Shown here in pieces: positions 57,594 to 64,000 of a stretch of DNA of 64,000 nt. The stretch comes from a virus. Taxonomy: Duplodnaviria; Caudoviricetes. The translations under genes and the position numbers were made by a program. The notes beneath the pieces are model-generated. The model had not been told where the DNA came from. It searched no databases and worked only from the letters and a program-made list of their open reading frames with translations. The stretch spans positions 288,001 through 352,000 of IMG/VR virus record IMGVR_UViG_3300037067_004891; one strand, written 5' to 3'. The first letter of the stretch is position 1. Each line of letters begins with the position of its first letter.

Positions 57594-59369
57594 ATGCCTA
57601 AAATTCGTGGAAAGCAAATAAACGCTGATACTTTACCTGTAAACCCATATGATGTGGTTAATAAAGCATACGCTGATAGTTTAGTTATATCAGGTGGCAC
57701 AGGTGCTATCACTATTCAAGACGAAGGAATTCTTGTTAGTTCTGGTGCAACTGTTTTGAATTTTATAGGTACATCGGTTTTAGCTCAACAAGGAATAGGT
57801 AGAGTTGATATTTTTATACCAGCACCAACATATTCTTCACATTTTAATACAAGTGACGGAACTACAAATGCTGTGTTATCAAATATTGCAACCACAAACA
57901 GATATATTTCAAGTCCAACAACAGAAGGAGACCCCTTTAAAATAGGTAGCTGGGTTGGTGGTTCTACTCATACATCAATAAGAAACATAACAAACCCATC
58001 TTATTTAACACCAGAAACATTTTCTATTTTTAATAGTGCAACAACTTTAAGAACAAGATTATATGATGCCGATGGAACATCAATTTTAGCTGAAAATCTT
58101 ATTACATTAAATGCTGACGGTGTGTTTTCAACTGGTGGTATAATGTACACTGTTACTGGGTGGAGTTCTGATTCTGATAGGTATAAGGCAACTGTTTCTA
58201 TTAGTATACAAATACCTACTGGTGGAAGATATAGTATTGAAATAATACATAATAATGGTGCTGATGGCACTTATACTTTTACTCAAACTAATATATTCAA
58301 AGACTCTGAAATACTGAATGCTAACCTTGACACATCAGTGTTAACGATAGAAGAAGGAACAAGTATTATTACTAAACATATTAGTGGCGTTGAATTTTAT
58401 ACATTAAATACACAATGGCACATCCATGTAACGAATGTAAATAATCTAAATAGTATATCTTTTCCGACTACACAACAAATGGTGTTAAGTGAAAGTAACT
58501 TATTTATATCAACTGATTTAAATGTACATGGTTTGGGTGGTTCTTATGATACTTTTTCTGGGACTACATGGACAAACTTGCATAATAATACGGGCGCAAC
58601 TTATGATAAATTAAACTGGGCTACCAATCAGACTAATCAGATAAACTGGAATAATGGTAGTGGAACAATAAATCCGAATACAATTACTGCAAGTGTATAC
58701 GACTGGAGTTTAGTTGATACTGCTATATCATCTGGATATAATTATTTGATTGACACATTAGTAGACGGTTCAGATAGAAATTCTGAAATGTTCAGAAGTG
58801 AAAACACTGCTGGCTATCCAAGATTACAATCAGGTTTAACAACATCTTGGGATAGTTCGGTTTCTTTATTAACCCAAGATGGTGGTTCAGGATTACAAAT
58901 CTTAGGCGATAGATTAGTATATCCAAAAAATAATTTTACTATTTATAACCCGAATATGGGTTCTCAACCTAATTATACATCTTCAAGTGGTAATAAACAT
59001 TATTATAGAAGATTTGATACTAATGGTGCTAATATATCAAATGGTATTATTGTTTTTTCAGACCATAATTTAGTTGAATCTGATTTAACTGGTAATACAG
59101 TACATTTTGATATTTCAATTGATAATGGTGCAAGCTGGTTTAATTTAAATTCTCAATATGTTGGTGGTTCATTGTCAGATGGTTCTGGATGTAGAACTGA
59201 TGTATTAGAATATGGATTAGGTGCTGGTACAACTAATAATAATGCATTAAGATTCACATTGGGACTTGGTGGTACATCAACCTTTATTTATTTGAGAATA
59301 ATATACAGTTCATCTGCTATTAATAAATATATAGGTGGAATTGATATCACTGATGCTAATTGGATTTAA
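57594..59369 (+). CDS. Tail fibre/virion structural protein
   Basis: MPKI.GKQI, VVNKAYAD and IQDEG...LNFIG motifs; Gly/Ser/Thr-rich. Confidence 0.65.
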   Translation: MPKIRGKQINADTLPVNPYDVVNKAYADSLVISGGTGAITIQDEGILVSSGATVLNFIGTSVLAQQGIGRVDIFIPAPTYSSHFNTSDGTTNAVLSNIATTNRYISSPTTEGDPFKIGSWVGGSTHTSIRNITNPSYLTPETFSIFNSATTLRTRLYDADGTSILAENLITLNADGVFSTGGIMYTVTGWSSDSDRYKATVSISIQIPTGGRYSIEIIHNNGADGTYTFTQTNIFKDSEILNANLDTSVLTIEEGTSIITKHISGVEFYTLNTQWHIHVTNVNNLNSISFPTTQQMVLSESNLFISTDLNVHGLGGSYDTFSGTTWTNLHNNTGATYDKLNWATNQTNQINWNNGSGTINPNTITASVYDWSLVDTAISSGYNYLIDTLVDGSDRNSEMFRSENTAGYPRLQSGLTTSWDSSVSLLTQDGGSGLQILGDRLVYPKNNFTIYNPNMGSQPNYTSSSGNKHYYRRFDTNGANISNGIIVFSDHNLVESDLTGNTVHFDISIDNGASWFNLNSQYVGGSLSDGSGCRTDVLEYGLGAGTTNNNALRFTLGLGGTSTFIYLRIIYSSSAINKYIGGIDITDANWI

Positions 59370-59386
59370 AAAATAAAATATAAATC

Positions 59387-59548
59387 ATGTCAGATTTTGA
59401 AATAAAAAAAATATCAGAAAATAAGTATTACTTAAATTTAATTAAGGATGTTGAAGGTAATATTTCTTCAAATGGTTTGTCTTTTGATAAAAACGAATTG
59501 TACAAATTGTATATGAAGTTGCGTGATATTTTCAGCGTTGCTGAATAA
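59387..59548 (+). CDS. Small hypothetical protein (53 aa, not in the ORF track)
   Basis: MSDFEIKKISENKYYLNL...; fills the gap between two co-oriented genes. Confidence 0.5.
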   Translation: MSDFEIKKISENKYYLNLIKDVEGNISSNGLSFDKNELYKLYMKLRDIFSVAE

Positions 59549-59565
59549 AAATTAAAAACTTTTAA

Positions 59566-60816
59566 ATGGGTTCATTATCAACAAACGAACAAAGAAAGCT
59601 GGCATATTTTCATGCACTAAGTAAAACTATGACCGAAGGTACACAAGATGCGTATGAAACAAGATATAAATCTTCGCATAATGTTACTTTGAATGAAGTA
59701 TGGGCTGATAATATATATTTTGCTGCTGATTATACAACTGCTGTTGCAGAATCTTTGACTAATTCAGCCGTTACATTATTTGAACAGGTAGAAATGGATA
59801 TGATTTATGGTTCAAATGGTCAGGCATATTCTTATATTTCTGGTGGTACATATAAAGATTCTTCATATCCATTAAACGAACGTGGACAATTAACATCTGG
59901 TGCAACATATATTCGTCCTTGGATTGCTTCAACTGATATACCACATCCGATAACAAACGACCCAAGTAATGGTTATGCTCTTAGGTTATTCAGGGGTAAT
60001 AATACTGAAATATTTTTAACAGAGGGGGCATGGAGTGTTGATTATTATTCTGGTGTTATTCACTTTGCACAAGGTTACGCACCTGCTGATTTAAATTGGG
60101 GTGCGATAAAAGCTACATTTTTTCAATATTCGGGTAATTATGGTGCATCTGGTACAACTGGTGGTTTTACTTCGGCTCAATTTAATTCTGGTACAAGCCA
60201 AATAATTTTTAATTCAGGTGAGACAAGTGAAACAGTATTAGATTTAAGTTCACTTAATAATTTAAGTGGTTTCACAACTGCAATTTTTGATAATTTAACA
60301 AATCATTTAGTTTTTAACTCAGGTGGAACTAATCAAACAATTGTTGATTTAAGCTGGTTAAAAGATAATAGTGGATTTACTTCTGTTGAATTTAATTCAG
60401 GTAATAATTATTTGATTTTTAACTCAGGTGGAACAAATCAACAGACGGTGGATTTAACAAGTTTAAAAAGTATCACAGGATTAACTATTTTGTTATCCAA
60501 TTTGAATATTGACATGTCAACTAATACAACAAATTCTGGTTCAACTTTAGCTTGTAATACTGCTTTATTAAACAGTTCTATAATAAATTCATATGTATCA
60601 GTTTATGTTAATGGTATTCAAATGATAGTTGGTGATGGTGTTAAAACTAAAGATTGTTACTTTAGTAGCGATGGTGGAACAACTGCTAAACCATCCAATA
60701 ATGTTATATTTGGTGATTTATTATATTGGAGTTATGATATTGGTGGTAATCCTATTTCGGGGTTCAATTTAAATGCTGCTACCGATAAGGTGACGTTTAT
60801 TTATTTGACACTATAA
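59566..60816 (+). CDS. Tail/virion structural protein with three internal repeats
   Basis: GFT.A.F....L.FNSG.T.Q..VDLS.L three times; C-terminal domain shared with 55479. Confidence 0.65.
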   Translation: MGSLSTNEQRKLAYFHALSKTMTEGTQDAYETRYKSSHNVTLNEVWADNIYFAADYTTAVAESLTNSAVTLFEQVEMDMIYGSNGQAYSYISGGTYKDSSYPLNERGQLTSGATYIRPWIASTDIPHPITNDPSNGYALRLFRGNNTEIFLTEGAWSVDYYSGVIHFAQGYAPADLNWGAIKATFFQYSGNYGASGTTGGFTSAQFNSGTSQIIFNSGETSETVLDLSSLNNLSGFTTAIFDNLTNHLVFNSGGTNQTIVDLSWLKDNSGFTSVEFNSGNNYLIFNSGGTNQQTVDLTSLKSITGLTILLSNLNIDMSTNTTNSGSTLACNTALLNSSIINSYVSVYVNGIQMIVGDGVKTKDCYFSSDGGTTAKPSNNVIFGDLLYWSYDIGGNPISGFNLNAATDKVTFIYLTL

Positions 60817-62393
60817 TTACACCATTCAAATATTAAATTACCAGAATCATATATTTTATTGATATGTTTGATATTTTTTTGAAGTATTTTTTCTTTTTCG
60901 ATAAATATTTCATTATTATGGTGATAAAAACAATTAGGTTCTGTTTTTGATAATAATTTAAATCCAAAATTTGAAAATAGAAAATTTGGATAAGAACGGT
61001 TCATAATATATTTAACATTATCTGGTTTATGTTTTAATATGAAATAATCAAATAATTTCATATATCCATCAATTATATTATAATTATTTTTATTACAAAT
61101 TGATATTATATTGTATTTGTTTTTATGTTTTTGTATTCCAATTATAGAAATTAAAATATCTTCATAATACAAACCATATCTTATATTAGATTTATTATCA
61201 CTTAAAATATTGTTATTCTTAATAAATAAACAAAAATCTGTTTTTGATACTTTTTTTAAAATACAATTTTCAGATGATATTATTTTCGAATATGAATTTA
61301 AACATTGTAATATGTAATTTTTTACACATTCTTCTTTCGTATCCAAATCATGTTCCCAAATATGAATTAATTTTATGTTCTTTTCTTCACATAAATCTGA
61401 TTTTATTTTATGATAATATTTAGATTTATTTAGATTGTTATGCCAGTACATACCATTAAATTCAAAAGCTAAATTTAAATTTGGTAGAAATATATCCAAT
61501 TCGTATGGGTGTATTATATTTTTTGTATTTGTTATTATATCATAATTATAATTATTTCTAATGAAATCTAATATATTATGTTCTTTATTTGATTTATTTA
61601 GATTTCCGACTGGATTGCAAATTGTACAAACTGTACATTTAGAAACATTTTTTCTAAGATAATATAAACTACTGCTTATTTTAAATGTGTGAGTTAAATT
61701 TTTATCACAATTTAGTAAATAAAATCCACTTTCATCAATATCTAATATATCTTCATTTTTATTTTTAATATTATTTTGTCTGGTTTTCTTAATTTTAATT
61801 TTAGTGTCATCTAAACGTAGAGGATAATCTATATTATATTTTGATATGTTTGTTTCTATTGTTTTTCGTTTTATATTTTCATTTTTAGCTGGAATTTCAT
61901 AACCATATTTATTTTTACATGTATGTTTTATATTTTCTTGAATTTCTTTGTTTGAAAGTGGATTATCAACACCAAAATTTATTCGACAAGTTTCTTTAAA
62001 TTTGTCTTTATATTCTACCGTTTTTGAATAATGTTCAACACCATATTTATCTAAGCAGGTAGCCTTATAATTATCTCTAACTTGTTTATTTTTATTTGGA
62101 TGTGTTTCGTTATATTTTATGATACATGTATTTTGAAATTTATTTTTAGAACACTTTGAAGAACACGAATAATATCCACCTTTACTAATACTTCTATTAT
62201 ATTCATTAAAAGATAATAGTTTTTCTTTACCACAAATATCACATTTCACTCTTATAAGAACACTACTACCTTTTTTTAAATCGATAACTTTAACTTTTAT
62301 TTTTGTGTGACATTTAACAACATAACCTAAATTTTTAAAATGTTTATGATTACTTGGAGTAATCATAATATCAACAAGTTCATCTAAAATCAT
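60801..62393 (-). CDS. Homing-endonuclease-like protein (paralog of 41698)
   Basis: KYG repeats, ELDIFLP..LAFEFNGMYWH, IHIWE and YDSG motifs. Confidence 0.75.
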   Translation of the reverse strand: MILDELVDIMITPSNHKHFKNLGYVVKCHTKIKVKVIDLKKGSSVLIRVKCDICGKEKLLSFNEYNRSISKGGYYSCSSKCSKNKFQNTCIIKYNETHPNKNKQVRDNYKATCLDKYGVEHYSKTVEYKDKFKETCRINFGVDNPLSNKEIQENIKHTCKNKYGYEIPAKNENIKRKTIETNISKYNIDYPLRLDDTKIKIKKTRQNNIKNKNEDILDIDESGFYLLNCDKNLTHTFKISSSLYYLRKNVSKCTVCTICNPVGNLNKSNKEHNILDFIRNNYNYDIITNTKNIIHPYELDIFLPNLNLAFEFNGMYWHNNLNKSKYYHKIKSDLCEEKNIKLIHIWEHDLDTKEECVKNYILQCLNSYSKIISSENCILKKVSKTDFCLFIKNNNILSDNKSNIRYGLYYEDILISIIGIQKHKNKYNIISICNKNNYNIIDGYMKLFDYFILKHKPDNVKYIMNRSYPNFLFSNFGFKLLSKTEPNCFYHHNNEIFIEKEKILQKNIKHINKIYDSGNLIFEWCNYSVK

Positions 62394-62442
62394 TATTTAA
62401 ATTTATATTTTTAATATATATTATAAAAATATGGTCTCATTA

Positions 62443-62644
62443 ATGAATTCGATATTATCATATACTAATTTTTTGAATGAAAATAAATCAAATAAAAATT
62501 ATTAAATATATTGAAACAAATGGTGCTATATTAATAGTAAATGATATTCTTTGTGATGGTGTGATTGATTCACACAATGAGCAAATAATGGATGCTGTAA
62601 TTTTTAACAGTGAACAAATATTAACAATAAAAAAATATTTATAA
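62443..62644 (+). pseudogene. Deleted or frameshifted relic resembling the downstream ART-like gene
   Basis: MNSILSYTNFLNE start; the shifted frame ends DGVI...VIFNSEQI. Confidence 0.35.
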
Positions 62645-62647
62645 AAT

Positions 62648-63718
62648 ATGATAACCAAATTTTTAAAATTCATAAACGAATCAATTAATAATAAAGTCAC
62701 TTTATATAGAGGTGATTCAATTTATATTGACAATTTTAATTATGAAAAATTTGATGCGAAAGCTATTTATGGTCTTGGGTTATACTTGACTGATAATAAA
62801 AGAGTGGCATATTCTTACACTTTAAAAGGTGATAATTCTTCCGTAGTCGTAGAACTGTTTCCAAGTTCTGAAAAGCAAAAAGATGCTGAATTATGTTTTG
62901 TTATAGAAAAACTTTTAAATGAAGTCAATGGGACTAATATATCTGATGACGAATTACATGATATTTTTGACACATTAAAGACATATGAATATGGATATGG
63001 TAAAGAAATGATTGAAAGATATAAAAAAGGTGATAAATTATTCTGGACTGATAAAGAAAAAACTGATAAACTTTCACCAGAAGAACGTGAAGAAACAATA
63101 AAAGAATATAATTTTCTATTAGATAGTATAGTAAATCATATTAAAAAATTAGAAGACGTTCACAAAAAATATGATGCTTTTATAAATAAAGCATTGGCCT
63201 ATTATAAAACAGTTAAAAACCAGTATGATTTTTTATATGATGGAAGTGAAAGTTGGAAAGTAATTAGTAAAGAAAAAAATATTGGTCATGTAAGTGAATT
63301 TTTAGTTGACCAAAATGTAATTGATAAATGTTATAATGCAAATATTCCAATGTCCGATGATATTATTAGTGTTTTAAGAAGAATGGTCAATCGTTATTTG
63401 AAAAATGAAAAAATTGTTAATTATTTAAAAAAACATTATTATTTCGTTAAAAAATTTAGTTTTAAATCTTTTATAACTTATATTTCTGATTATCAAAATA
63501 AAAATAATATAACACTGGCTAATTTTTTATATGAAAATAGTGTTTTTAGAGATAAAGATACTCACTTTGAAACAACTGAGTGGAACTATTTTACATCCGA
63601 AATGAAAAAATTAGGATATAAAGGTATTGTGTACGATGGTGGTGAACATTTAAATTCTCCAATAAAACATAAAGCTTATGTTATATGGGATTTGAATGAT
63701 GTAGAAAGAGTGAAATAA
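62648..63718 (+). CDS. ADP-ribosyltransferase-like (ART-PolyVal-type) protein with a CTS-like N-terminus
   Basis: LYRG...YG.GLYLTD....A..Y and LGYKGI.Y...YVIWD; starts MITKFLKFINES. Confidence 0.6.
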   Translation: MITKFLKFINESINNKVTLYRGDSIYIDNFNYEKFDAKAIYGLGLYLTDNKRVAYSYTLKGDNSSVVVELFPSSEKQKDAELCFVIEKLLNEVNGTNISDDELHDIFDTLKTYEYGYGKEMIERYKKGDKLFWTDKEKTDKLSPEEREETIKEYNFLLDSIVNHIKKLEDVHKKYDAFINKALAYYKTVKNQYDFLYDGSESWKVISKEKNIGHVSEFLVDQNVIDKCYNANIPMSDDIISVLRRMVNRYLKNEKIVNYLKKHYYFVKKFSFKSFITYISDYQNKNNITLANFLYENSVFRDKDTHFETTEWNYFTSEMKKLGYKGIVYDGGEHLNSPIKHKAYVIWDLNDVERVK

Positions 63719-63722
63719 TTAT

Positions 63723-64000
63723 TTAATGTGTATTACTCCAAATATATTTTAAATTACCTGCATTGTATATTCGGTATATATTTCTTTCTAACATTATTTC
63801 ATGTTCCGTTTTGTTAACATCAAATCCTTCTTTAATTAATGTTTTTTTACTAAACTCAACACTATTTTCTCGGTTTTCGTTTATAACGTAATAATAATTA
63901 GGTTCAGATTTATATAAAAAATTAAAACCTAATTTTTCATAAATTTTACCATTAAAATAACTTCTATCAACAAATGTTATTACTTTTTTAGGATTATAAT
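63723..64000 (-). CDS. C-terminal part of a third 41698-like endonuclease (runs off the window)
   Basis: ITFVDRSY...LGF....EPNY.YV...LIKEGFDVNK...IYNAGNLKY. Confidence 0.75.
   Translation of the reverse strand, partial: YNPKKVITFVDRSYFNGKIYEKLGFNFLYKSEPNYYYVINENRENSVEFSKKTLIKEGFDVNKTEHEIMLERNIYRIYNAGNLKYIWSNTH

Noticed and set aside
295-62700. Short antisense or overlapping ORFs in the track (e.g. 295-537, 1964-2167, 17849-18223, 23633-23914, 44911-45228, 58001-58270)
   Set aside because: They are shadows of longer, motif-bearing genes and have no recognisable features.

Overview
A very AT-rich, gene-dense 64 kb segment that reads as part of a jumbo dsDNA phage using the standard genetic code. 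It carries T4-like UvsY/UvsW genes, large virion-type proteins, a single-chain eukaryote/NCLDV-style type IIA topoisomerase, a DinG/XPD helicase, methyltransferases and many repeat-rich homing-endonuclease-like genes. A lipoprotein with a C-EKDDD signal and TAnnTTTG promoter boxes suggest a Bacteroidota host (inference). The main observations are five. (1) An IS200/IS605 family shares one pair of ends and a TTTAT target motif: one TnpB element, one IscB element and several coding-free mini-elements. The mini-elements join a conserved promoter/boxA-like/hairpin leader to TnpB omega-RNA scaffolds, so they look like dispersed guide-RNA cassettes. (2) A tRNA-shaped RNA has a 120-nt structured insert in place of its anticodon loop, upstream of methyltransferase, nucleotidyltransferase and cupin genes. 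(3) A naturally split intein fractures UvsW at the DE|CH motif, and an orphan intein-core ORF lies elsewhere. (4) A composite IS607-like element has two right ends. (5) Two peptide motifs recur on many unrelated proteins: an N-terminal capsid-targeting-like motif and a C-terminal RxxK[LI]xxI motif. All functional calls come from motif recognition by eye; no searches were run.
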